A stretch of 40,000 bases of DNA from Halococcus salifodinae (GTDB lineage: Archaea > Halobacteriota > Halobacteria > Halobacteriales > Halococcaceae). Below the pieces are notes generated by a model. The model was given only the letters and a program-made list of their open reading frames with translations. It was not told the origin of the DNA and ran no database searches. Where the stretch lies: NCBI RefSeq assembly GCF_052043865.1, contig NZ_JBQEMN010000005.1. The stretch is one strand, 5' to 3'. The position numbers were made by a program, and so were the translations under genes. This document shows positions 9,148 to 17,554 of the stretch, one piece after another; position 1 is the stretch's first letter; every line of letters starts with the position of its first letter.

Positions 9148-10302
9148 TCATATTTCTTCCTGTATGAAATCGGCGTCGATCCTCGATCGCTCTTCGTCGA
9201 CTGCCGCATCGAGTACCCGGCTACACACAGAGAGAACCTGTCGGATGTTCCCCTGTGATCGCTGGTGTATTATTGAGAGACTCTCTTCGGTGAATGGATC
9301 AACACCCCCTGTTCCATTTGTCCGTGCGGGAGCAATATACGTTGACACCAATTTGTTGATATGGTCGTCGGTTAGTGGTCGCAGGGCCACTTCTTGCCCA
9401 ATACGCTCAGAGAACGCGTGGTACTCGCTCATTACGTCCTGCCAGACCTCCGGTGCACACCCAAAGAGCATACAGAGACCATGACTGTTCTGGTCCATCA
9501 AGTGACGGATGCTGTTCAGCGTCGCTTGTTCGGCTTTCGCGCTGAGTCGAGCAATGCTCTCGAACTCATCAACGAAAACGAAAACACCTGTATAACCGAG
9601 ATCAAGCAGGAGGTTCTTCAGCGCCGTGAACGCTCGGACACTGGTAGTATCGTCGTCGAGTGCACTATGGATCTCCATTTCTTTGCGCTGCTCATAGCGA
9701 ATGCCCTCGGCAGTGAGCCACTGCCACGCGTAGAGGTTCGTATCCTCGTACACCATATGTACGATCGCACGAGCGAAGTCAGCGAACTTCGTCACGTTGT
9801 TGAGTTGCTGGACAGCCTCCGGAACCAGTTCCGATAGTAATACTTCACCGTCATCGATTAGTTGCTCTACCGTGCTTGCGTCCGTTGGATTGCAATCGGT
9901 GGTGTTGCGGGCCACCTGAGCGAGGTACTCGTAAGCGAGCGTCTGAATGCGGTCGAACCCGAGATCGTAGACGAACTCGTGATAGATATCGCGGAAACCT
10001 TCGCCCGGCTGGGCGACGTAGCCGACGACGACATCCTCACGGTCGCGCACGAGCGAGCGTGTGTACTTGAGCGTGTGTGACTTCCCATTTCCGTACTTTG
10101 CGGTGACAACGAGATGCTTCGACTTCCCGGTCGAGAGCATCGTCGAGACGGTGTCGCTGATGGCTCTCGTGGCGTGCTCCTGCCCACAGTAGAGTGCTGG
10201 GTCGTTATCCGGAACTGGACTGTATGGGAAGGGATTCTCCTCTAAGCCGAATTGGGAGTAGTCGCGCTGTTCGTCCGTAATGCTGAATGTATCGTTGGTC
10301 AT
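9148..10302 (-). CDS. AAA+/ORC-like P-loop ATPase (384 aa)
   Basis: Track ORF. Walker A is VVTAKYGNGKSHTL and Walker B is GVFVFVDEFE. ATG 10302 overlaps the upstream stop (ATGA, 10299-10302). Confidence 0.8.
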   Translation of the reverse strand: MTNDTFSITDEQRDYSQFGLEENPFPYSPVPDNDPALYCGQEHATRAISDTVSTMLSTGKSKHLVVTAKYGNGKSHTLKYTRSLVRDREDVVVGYVAQPGEGFRDIYHEFVYDLGFDRIQTLAYEYLAQVARNTTDCNPTDASTVEQLIDDGEVLLSELVPEAVQQLNNVTKFADFARAIVHMVYEDTNLYAWQWLTAEGIRYEQRKEMEIHSALDDDTTSVRAFTALKNLLLDLGYTGVFVFVDEFESIARLSAKAEQATLNSIRHLMDQNSHGLCMLFGCAPEVWQDVMSEYHAFSERIGQEVALRPLTDDHINKLVSTYIAPARTNGTGGVDPFTEESLSIIHQRSQGNIRQVLSVCSRVLDAAVDEERSRIDADFIQEEI

Positions 10303-11201
10303 GTCTCTTTCTCCTGAGTAAAGGTGAGGTTGCGGTCGTAGACCGCGAGGTAGTAGTATTGTTTGCCGAACTGTTCGATACCGGCCATCACGCGCTCGGT
10401 GGATTGGTCGGTCGTGACGAGACCCTCCTTACTTCCGAGGTCGATCTCCTTGATGCCGAGCTGGGCCTCTTTCGCCCCCGTATCCATCGGCGCTCCCGAG
10501 AGTTCGATATGGCCAACGTTCTGCTGAGCAAGTCGTCTCAGCGCCTCGTCGAAGACACTTCGGGGGCAGCCATGACGTTCACAGAAGTGCTCTCGGAGCA
10601 ACGGGATCGAGAGGTATCGTTGTCGGAGGTCGACGCCTGCCGTCTCTTCGAGATCGTCGTACACCGCGAGCAGCGCGAACGGGAAATTCGACGGTACTAC
10701 GTTCCGCTCGACGGAGTAGTAGCCCCCCGTAAACGAATTCCGCTGAACAGTACCGAGGCGTTCAGCCCAGTCGCCCACGACCTCGACACTCGTTTGGTTG
10801 TACGAATGGTTGGTGAATTCTTCAAGCGATTCGAGTTCTTCGAGCACTGCTTCAAGCGAGGCAGGGGCAACGTTGTCGAGTGCTTCCAGAAACGCACTGT
10901 AGTGTGGGCTTTGCGTGGCGAGCACGTCACTCACCTTGGACCACTCCTCAGCACGAACCGCCTCAAGAAATCGATCGCCAATATGCGTACTCTCATACGT
11001 TTCGTCCTCATCCTCTTGCTGTTCCGATCCGAGCAGACCGATCCGCAGTGTCTCGAGAGTAGTTTCACGGGCGCGGCGGTGGGTCACATCAAGTGCCGAT
11101 TTGATGTCCTCTAGCGTCCGTGGGCCATCCTCGCAGATATGGGACGTTTCCACGAGTCGCGCCAGCGTTACAGGTCGTATGGTTGGGCGTTCGTCGCTCA
11201 T
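10299..11201 (-). CDS. Hypothetical protein (about 300 aa), possible N-terminal wHTH
   Basis: Track ORF 10299..11207 starts at a GTG. ATG 11201 (MSDERPTIRPVTLARLVE...) lies 2 nt after the TGT stop (11204-11206). It is coupled on both sides. Confidence 0.7.
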   Translation of the reverse strand: MSDERPTIRPVTLARLVETSHICEDGPRTLEDIKSALDVTHRRARETTLETLRIGLLGSEQQEDEDETYESTHIGDRFLEAVRAEEWSKVSDVLATQSPHYSAFLEALDNVAPASLEAVLEELESLEEFTNHSYNQTSVEVVGDWAERLGTVQRNSFTGGYYSVERNVVPSNFPFALLAVYDDLEETAGVDLRQRYLSIPLLREHFCERHGCPRSVFDEALRRLAQQNVGHIELSGAPMDTGAKEAQLGIKEIDLGSKEGLVTTDQSTERVMAGIEQFGKQYYYLAVYDRNLTFTQEKET

Positions 11202-11203
11202 TA

Positions 11204-12238
11204 TCACGTGAGTCTCCTGACCTGCTGTTTCGCCTGTCGGTACGCCCGTTTGGTGACCTCGTTACCCTGAAACCGTAGGTCGAGGTACGCCTCCACGTCC
11301 TCGTTGGCAGCAACCATGTAGCGGAAGCGTCGGAGTTCCATCGTGAGCGCCCAGAGATTGTGCTTCGTCAGGGCATTACGATCCTCACGCAACTCCGTAA
11401 ACGGCGTGTCACGACAGACTGGGCACGAACACGGGAGGTACGAGAGTTCGGTGACGTGTTTGAGTTCCTGACCACCAAACCCTGGAACCAGATAATTCCG
11501 GTTTCCAGCGCTCCGGATAAATGCCGAGGAGTCGAAACTATCGACCCCCAGGTACAGCAGTAGGGGTTGGTATACTAACCCCCCCAATCCGTACACATGC
11601 AGGTGCTTGTCGGTCGCCCGTCTGGCCGCAAGTATTATACTTGTCACCTTTTTGTAATCTGTTCTGACCGGAACGAGACTCCCGAGCGCGTACCCGTCGA
11701 AATCGCCGTTACGCTCTAAGTACCGGACGTTGTTCTGTACCGTCTCCGGATCGAGACCATGGATACTGGCGAACAGTAATTCCTCACCGTCATGTTCGTC
11801 ACTCGCTTCAACGGCATACTCCGCACTATCGGAGATGCGCCGCTGGTTTTCCCTGTCTCGGTTCTCTCGGGAGATGGGCCGATCTACCGTCCCGAGGATG
11901 TCCGCGCCGATCTGACGCTGTGTTTCGAGCGTCCGTGCTGGGGTAGTGTCGACGTCTCCCGCTTGGAAGTCGAACCCCCCACTGTCGGCGAAGATGACGG
12001 TTTCCTCTGGGATGTCCATCTCTTCACGGAGAGTAGCCCCGTTGAGGAGGCGATTCCACTGTGGATCACGTTGTCTGATCGCTCGTGCATTCACCATCGC
12101 TGTCCGAAGGTCCGGAATCGCATCGGCGTACGCTGGCGTGTTGTCGGAGGATCGTTTGCCGATGTTCCGAACCGGGAACAGGACGGGCGTCTTAATGCAC
12201 CCGTGTGGCGTGTTGAGCGTTCGTTGTCTGTACAGCAT
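11204..12238 (-). CDS. Minimal TGT-family transglycosylase (ArcTGT-like catalytic core only, 344 aa)
   Basis: Track ORF 11204..12295 starts at a TTG, trimmed here to ATG 12238 (MLYRQRTLNTPHGCIKTPVLFPV). Motifs: FADSGGFD, HVYGLGG, LGVDSFDSSAF, and the zinc motif CSCPVCR...KHN. No C-terminal PUA, C1 or C2 region is present. Confidence 0.85.
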   Translation of the reverse strand: MLYRQRTLNTPHGCIKTPVLFPVRNIGKRSSDNTPAYADAIPDLRTAMVNARAIRQRDPQWNRLLNGATLREEMDIPEETVIFADSGGFDFQAGDVDTTPARTLETQRQIGADILGTVDRPISRENRDRENQRRISDSAEYAVEASDEHDGEELLFASIHGLDPETVQNNVRYLERNGDFDGYALGSLVPVRTDYKKVTSIILAARRATDKHLHVYGLGGLVYQPLLLYLGVDSFDSSAFIRSAGNRNYLVPGFGGQELKHVTELSYLPCSCPVCRDTPFTELREDRNALTKHNLWALTMELRRFRYMVAANEDVEAYLDLRFQGNEVTKRAYRQAKQQVRRLT

Positions 12239-12275
12239 GCGCGACGCGCTCGGGTAGCTCGGGTTCCGTGTTAAA

Positions 12276-12293
12276 GCTTTGTGTGGACAAAGC
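12276..12293. promoter_or_regulatory. Inverted repeat GCTTTGT-N4-ACAAAGC in the divergent TGT / wHTH promoter region
   Basis: Read directly from the sequence. It abuts a TTTAA element about 32 nt upstream of TGT ATG 12238. Confidence 0.3.
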
Positions 12294-12355
12294 AATCACG
12301 GCGAGGAGGTACTGAGGACGGAGGATGTATAGTGAGCGGGGGCAACGCCAAGAGT

Positions 12356-12640
12356 ATGCACTCCGCGGTCGACGAAGTAGTCTGTCCGAAGCGGTCGCTG
12401 GAGATCTTAGACTATCTCAGCGAACACGACGAATCGAACTTCAGTACGATTGAGGATGCTGTGCCGACATCGAGCGATGTAGTGACTGAGCGATTGGAAA
12501 CGCTCCAAGAGTACGGGTTAGTTGAGCGCGAAGAGCGGAGTTCACGCAACGTCCGGTATTCGCTCACTCAGGATGGGGAAACGTTTCTCACCCATCTCGA
12601 AGAAGTAGATGAGTTTCTCCAAAACTCCCGCGGCGACTAG
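12356..12640 (+). CDS. Small winged-HTH transcriptional regulator (94 aa)
   Basis: Track ORF 12281..12640 starts at a GTG, trimmed here to ATG 12356 (MHSAVDEVVCPKRSLEILDYLSEHDESNFSTIEDAV...VRYSLTQDGETFL). It is divergent from the TGT operon. Confidence 0.7.
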   Translation: MHSAVDEVVCPKRSLEILDYLSEHDESNFSTIEDAVPTSSDVVTERLETLQEYGLVEREERSSRNVRYSLTQDGETFLTHLEEVDEFLQNSRGD

Positions 12641-13344
12641 TCGTACGAACCGAGTCCGGACTGGCGTGTTGGTTCCGTCGTACAGTACTCGACGACTTCC
12701 GTGAAAGAATCGATCGTTGTACCCTCCGCCCTGTGTGCGGCAAATTGCTTTAGATACTGTCCTTTTAGTCCAATAACGGTACTTCCCTGTTCTTTCGCCT
12801 CGGCCGTTCGTGCGGGGATGGAAATGACATTTGGCCGTTGCTCGGCGTCGGCTTCACGATTGAACAGCACGACCATCGTCGAGTCGGAGAATGTATCAAG
12901 CAGTCGGGAGAGGTCGAGTGCCTCGTAGTAGTCACTCCCGAGTGCAAGGAAGACGAGATCGTAGGCGGGGTCGTCGTCTAGTCGATTGAGCAGGTCGCTC
13001 TGGATCTCTAGTTCCGAGGATCGCTCGTGGACGCTCTCAGTATCGTAGTCTTGGAACGTCACTTCGTAGGGCGGGAGTTCGGTCGCCTCACCAACGAAAC
13101 CGAATCCTGCACTGATATAATAGCGATCAACGGTGTCTCCGGACTCCCGAAGACGATCAACGGCTACGTCGATATACTGCTGTTGACGGCCAGTATAGAG
13201 GTCGTGAGCGGAATAGGTCGGCGTCCGTTCCCGCTCACGGAGTTCGGGGAGGGAGAAATCGTCGATGGTCTCGGCGTCAAACGAGTCGAACCATTCGGGC
13301 GATTGCTTCGATCCCGAACACTGGTCGACGACGAGTACACGCAT
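12637..13344 (-). CDS. Hypothetical protein (235 aa) coupled to the DpdA-like gene; N-terminal VLVVDQCSGSK motif
   Basis: Track ORF 12637..13350 starts at a TTG. ATG 13344 lies 2 nt after the upstream stop (13347-13349). I recognise no family with confidence. Confidence 0.7.
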   Translation of the reverse strand: MRVLVVDQCSGSKQSPEWFDSFDAETIDDFSLPELRERERTPTYSAHDLYTGRQQQYIDVAVDRLRESGDTVDRYYISAGFGFVGEATELPPYEVTFQDYDTESVHERSSELEIQSDLLNRLDDDPAYDLVFLALGSDYYEALDLSRLLDTFSDSTMVVLFNREADAEQRPNVISIPARTAEAKEQGSTVIGLKGQYLKQFAAHRAEGTTIDSFTEVVEYCTTEPTRQSGLGSYD

Positions 13345-13346
13345 CC

Positions 13347-15554
13347 TCAAAACTCAGTAAGACCCGACTGCTGAAGATGTTTCGGGAGGAACGATTCTTG
13401 GTAGCCCAGACGACTGAGCACGGCGCTGCGTAGTTCGCTAGGTTCCTCGTGGACGTGGACTGTGCAGTCTGTCTCTTCGAGGGCCGAGCGAACCTTCTCA
13501 GGAAGCGTCCAATCGCTTCCATCGACGTAGAGGTCCTGATACCGCTCACAGACGGTCGCAAGCTCGTCCGCCATCCAATCCATATCGAGTGAGATCGTCG
13601 TCGGTGGATCGTCCCACCACTCTTGGACCCCATCGGCGGTGGCGACGCCGATCTCTGCGACGGGCAGGTCATGAACGTGCGTCCAGAGCGTTTCGTGTTC
13701 ATCCCGGAGATATTCTTCGCCAGTATCGCTCCGTGAAAGCGCACTGCTCCCACGGGTGATGACCAGCACCTTCGGCAAGGCACGCTCGAACTGATCGTAG
13801 AAGCGTTGCGTGTTGTGGAACCCACGTCGGCGGTTGCGATTGTTCCCACGCCAGATGGCGACTTCAATGCCATGTTCACGACAAATAGTACAGTCACACT
13901 CCCTCCAGGGTTCGGCCCGGAGGACGCGCTCGTAGGAATCAAGATTGTTCCCGTCTCCGACGAACTCGGCATACGTTTCGAGGAGTACCCAGAGTTGGTC
14001 AAACGTTCCGACCGTCCCAGTGTTTGTCTCGCGGCGCTCGATAGTGTCGATCTTCGTCGGGGCGCGACCCTCGATTACCTCAGTGGCCGTCTTGATGAGA
14101 TTCTTGTACGCAGTGAACGAAAGGGGATTCTCGGAGCCGTCGTCGCGGAGGAGTTTGATGAGTCGAGTCCGGAAGTCATCACTGAAATTGGCTTTGAGTT
14201 CACGTCCGTATTCGTAGTGATCACGGAAGGAACTCGTGATAGGCCGAAGCGTCGTCTCGTCGAACTGGGCGTCGTGCCGGTGCTCACGGATATACATGGG
14301 GAGATTGGCAAGGGCTGTGAGCGCAGTATCCTGCCATGAACGGAGGGCGTCGACGATCGACTCGTCCTTATCGAACGCCCGGAGCGCAATAAGTAGTTCC
14401 TGAGCGCGAAGTGCCCACTCGATACTGGTTTCGAGGTCTGCACTGTACGGCGGGTATCGTACTCGAATCGCATCGAACCGTCGAGTGCTGTCGAGGTGAT
14501 AGTTATCGCCACCGGTCCACGCCGCACGGAGCATACTGGCGCTGTCGAAACTCGCCATGCCAGCACGGCCGATCGTATCGAACGCGCCGGTCTTGGCGAA
14601 CCCGAACACGTGGGTATCGATTCGCGTACGATACGTTCGCTCGTGATGTTTGACCGCGTTCCCGACCGCAGAGACTGTGCGTTTGACGGCATCTTCGCTG
14701 CTTCCGGCAACTCCACCGATACCGATGTACTGGTACCCCAAGTCAAGCACGTCCTCAACGGCTCTCTCGTAGGAGTCAGGGTCCCACCCTTGGATGGCGA
14801 CCATTAGTCGGAAGGAATAGTCACCATCTTGGTAAAAATCCTGCATCTCGGCGGCGTTGTCGAGAGTCAACTCGTACCGGAAGGCCATATCGTCATCTCG
14901 ATACACTGCCCGAGGATCATCTTTGAGTCGCGTGAGAACGTCTTGTTTCTCTCCCTCGAAATCAGCAGCGCGGAAGCTGTCGACTTCGCTATCAGCAGTA
15001 TCTCGGAGTGTAGAGTCGTACTCAGCAACGTAGTCTGGCCACTCGTCCGGCCAAGTGTCGGTCATCACGTCAGTATCACTCTCGGCCAACCATTCCGGGA
15101 GATCACTGGTGGTAAACTCGTCGCCGAGGGCACGATCATCAAGATAGAGTCGGCTGGTATGTCCGGAGCCTAGGACGAGATGATCAATTGTGACCCCGAC
15201 ATCAACCTCAAGCGTCTCGTAGAACTCCAGCATGTCCCAATTCCCGTACGGTGGAAAAGGGAGTTGCTTGTAACCCCATGCCCCACAGTCACTGATCGTG
15301 GGGAGCCACTCCGGGAGATCGAGGCGTGGATCATCGTAAACACCGTGTGAAGTGATACGGTCGAACTTTGTGGGCGAGTCCTCAACTTGTTCGCGAGAAA
15401 TGAGGACACCATCGATCGGTATCGACTCGCGATCGAAGACATCCCAGATGTATGCGAGGTCACGGTCTGCAGGAGAAAGGTCCGAGTGCTCATCATGGAC
15501 GAAATCGTACGCCGCGTCTACGTGGTCGTCCCACTCAGGGACATAGAAGCGCAC
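13347..15554 (-). CDS. DpdA-like TGT-superfamily transglycosylase, long form (735 aa)
   Basis: Track ORF. GTG is the only available start, because an in-frame stop lies at 15564-15566. The N-terminus is MRFYVPEWDDHVDAAYDF. Other motifs: ISDCGAWGY (Asp position equivalent to DSGGFQ), HVFGFAKTG...MASFDSASMLR, and the zinc motif CDCTICREHG...GFHN. There is an extra C-terminal region of about 130 aa. Confidence 0.75.
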   Translation of the reverse strand: MRFYVPEWDDHVDAAYDFVHDEHSDLSPADRDLAYIWDVFDRESIPIDGVLISREQVEDSPTKFDRITSHGVYDDPRLDLPEWLPTISDCGAWGYKQLPFPPYGNWDMLEFYETLEVDVGVTIDHLVLGSGHTSRLYLDDRALGDEFTTSDLPEWLAESDTDVMTDTWPDEWPDYVAEYDSTLRDTADSEVDSFRAADFEGEKQDVLTRLKDDPRAVYRDDDMAFRYELTLDNAAEMQDFYQDGDYSFRLMVAIQGWDPDSYERAVEDVLDLGYQYIGIGGVAGSSEDAVKRTVSAVGNAVKHHERTYRTRIDTHVFGFAKTGAFDTIGRAGMASFDSASMLRAAWTGGDNYHLDSTRRFDAIRVRYPPYSADLETSIEWALRAQELLIALRAFDKDESIVDALRSWQDTALTALANLPMYIREHRHDAQFDETTLRPITSSFRDHYEYGRELKANFSDDFRTRLIKLLRDDGSENPLSFTAYKNLIKTATEVIEGRAPTKIDTIERRETNTGTVGTFDQLWVLLETYAEFVGDGNNLDSYERVLRAEPWRECDCTICREHGIEVAIWRGNNRNRRRGFHNTQRFYDQFERALPKVLVITRGSSALSRSDTGEEYLRDEHETLWTHVHDLPVAEIGVATADGVQEWWDDPPTTISLDMDWMADELATVCERYQDLYVDGSDWTLPEKVRSALEETDCTVHVHEEPSELRSAVLSRLGYQESFLPKHLQQSGLTEF

Positions 15555-15685
15555 CGTTGTTAGTCACCGATAGCGGGTTGCCACGTCTGGTATATGAAGG
15601 TGCTCAATCTACAGCGGTGGTATTCGTTAGAGACAGATGGCGATGAGCAGCTACGCCTAAGTGTAGTGGCGTACAATCCGAGATC

Positions 15686-15985
15686 ATGCCCGTCATCACC
15701 TCCGATCGCGTCCTCGAAAACGTAGAGCACATCTTGTCAAGTGGATCTGGCGTGCTGGATTTTGCTGTGAGCGGCGAGGATGAGTACTATACATGGTGGG
15801 GAACAGAAAAATCGAACTGGGAAATCAGCGGTGTGGGCCACATCGAAAACGCTGAGGAAGACAGAATGGCCATCTATCCCATTGGAGATGCATTCTATTG
15901 CGAAATCTCAGCCGACGGGGAGGAGTTCAATACCGGTCCCGTGAAATGTGTATCAGAAGAATCGAAAGAGTCGGCATCTGTATAA
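15686..15985 (+). CDS. Small acidic hypothetical protein (99 aa)
   Basis: Track ORF with an ATG start. It fills the gap between the DpdA-like gene and queC on the opposite strand. The composition is acidic. There is no homology evidence. Confidence 0.45.
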   Translation: MPVITSDRVLENVEHILSSGSGVLDFAVSGEDEYYTWWGTEKSNWEISGVGHIENAEEDRMAIYPIGDAFYCEISADGEEFNTGPVKCVSEESKESASV

Positions 15986-15992
15986 TCGCTAT

Positions 15993-16703
15993 TTATGTGA
16001 GTGGATCGGAGATGCCAGCCTTTTCGAACGCTTCCTCCCGCTCGATACATGCAGGACATTCTCCACAGGGGTCTCCATTCTCGTCGTTGTAGCAACTGAA
16101 TGTGACTTTCCAGTCGACCTCCAAGCGCTCGCCAAGTTGCAGCACTTCCGGCTTCGAGTGGTTGATGATCGGTGTATTGATTCGAATCATGTGTTGGTCA
16201 GTCGACTTGTTGATCGCATTCTCAGCGACTTCAAGAAACGTTGGACGACAGTCCGGGTAGTCCTCTCCATCGTTTTGTTGGGCACCGTGATAAAGAACAA
16301 TATCTTCACCAGTCTCGGAATTGTGTTCGGCGATCGCAGCAGCAGTTGTGAGGAAATGGAGGTTTCGTTGTGGAACGTATCCGACGCTGTGGTCATCGTC
16401 GGTCGTGTGCTCGCGGTCGTACTCTTTGTCCTCGATTGTTCCTTCGGCGAATTCGCTGAATACAGCGCGATAATTGCAGGTGTAGAGAGGTATATCGAGA
16501 CCATCTGCCTGCTTCTCTGCGTTGGCACGTTCGATGTCTTCGGTTTGCTGGCCATAGTCGATATGGATAGCTGCGACGCTATCGTGCTCTTCAGACGCTT
16601 TCTTCAAACAAACGGCCGAGTCGATACCACCTGAGAGGAGAACGAATGCCTTCGATTCGCTGGAATTGTTGTCGTGCATTGTCGGAGTGTGTCTGTTATT
16701 CAT
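15993..16703 (-). CDS. queC: 7-cyano-7-deazaguanine (preQ0) synthase QueC
   Basis: Track ORF. The motif AFVLLSGGIDSAVC is a PP-loop, and there is a C-terminal Cys cluster FSCY...CGECPACIERE. At about 236 aa it has no fused amidotransferase domain. Confidence 0.9.
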   Translation of the reverse strand: MNNRHTPTMHDNNSSESKAFVLLSGGIDSAVCLKKASEEHDSVAAIHIDYGQQTEDIERANAEKQADGLDIPLYTCNYRAVFSEFAEGTIEDKEYDREHTTDDDHSVGYVPQRNLHFLTTAAAIAEHNSETGEDIVLYHGAQQNDGEDYPDCRPTFLEVAENAINKSTDQHMIRINTPIINHSKPEVLQLGERLEVDWKVTFSCYNDENGDPCGECPACIEREEAFEKAGISDPLT

Positions 16704-16773
16704 TCACCGTGCGCGAACTGGTCGAAATAGACGACCGGCATGCATTTTTCACCCGATTATTTACCATTCTGTC

Positions 16774-17553
16774 TCACCTTCCCGCTTCGTCGTTCCAGAG
16801 GTTCACGTGCAGGCGTGGAGTGTATCGATACCCATGTTCCATCGCGAGGTCGGCAACCTGTGCACGCTTCTGTGCGATTTCGGCCTCAGTCTGTCCTTCC
16901 GGCATGAGCAAAACGTCCTTGTTTCGCACGCGAGCACTTGTCTGCTGACGAATACGCTCGATAATGTCATTAAGCTCCTTAATGTCCGCTGAAGAGGTAA
17001 CAACGAACTTGAGTTGAAACGGGTAGTTCTCAACCAGGTGCATCAGCGCCGTCATATCGATCCGGCGCTCTTCGTGCTCTTCACTCCATTCGCCATCGCC
17101 TTTCGGATCTTTCGATGCTGTGGGTGTACTGCTAGAGAGTTTCGGGCTGATGCTTGCGAGATCAATTGCCGCATCTGGGCAGATTGTTCCGTTCGTTTCA
17201 ACTGTTATATGGTAACCCCTGCTGGCGAGGGTGTCGATGAGATTTGTCGTTTCGTCATGAATCAACGGTTCACCACCGGTGATAACGACGTGATCCGCTT
17301 TGGTGTGGGTAGAGACTTCTTCGATGATCTCTTCGGTGCTCATCCATGCGTGTGTGGGTTCCCAAGACGTATGATACGAATCGCAAAACCAACAGCGAAG
17401 ATTACAGCCACTTGTACGAACAAAAACTGACGGGATACCCGCGAGTTTACCCTCTCCTTGCATCGAATAAAAGAGTTCGTTGATTGGGAGACTCTCTGTT
17501 CCGGATCCATCCTGTGGTCTCTCGGTCGTATCGACTTCTGAACTGACCGGCAT
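16774..17553 (-). CDS. queE: 7-carboxy-7-deazaguanine synthase QueE (radical SAM)
   Basis: Track ORF 16774..17613 trimmed to ATG 17553, which lies 1 nt after the queD stop. Motifs: FYSMQGEG, and the radical-SAM cluster motif VFVRTSGCNLRCWFCDS. Confidence 0.9.
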   Translation of the reverse strand: MPVSSEVDTTERPQDGSGTESLPINELFYSMQGEGKLAGIPSVFVRTSGCNLRCWFCDSYHTSWEPTHAWMSTEEIIEEVSTHTKADHVVITGGEPLIHDETTNLIDTLASRGYHITVETNGTICPDAAIDLASISPKLSSSTPTASKDPKGDGEWSEEHEERRIDMTALMHLVENYPFQLKFVVTSSADIKELNDIIERIRQQTSARVRNKDVLLMPEGQTEAEIAQKRAQVADLAMEHGYRYTPRLHVNLWNDEAGR

Positions 17554-17554
17554 A

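Noticed and set aside
13277-14758. Long ORFs overlapping the DpdA-like gene in other frames or on the opposite strand (13277..14002 -, 13806..14339 +, 14075..14758 -)
   Set aside because: They are rich in Arg, Ser and Thr and lie in alternative frames of a well-supported gene. This is typical shadow-ORF behaviour in GC-rich DNA.
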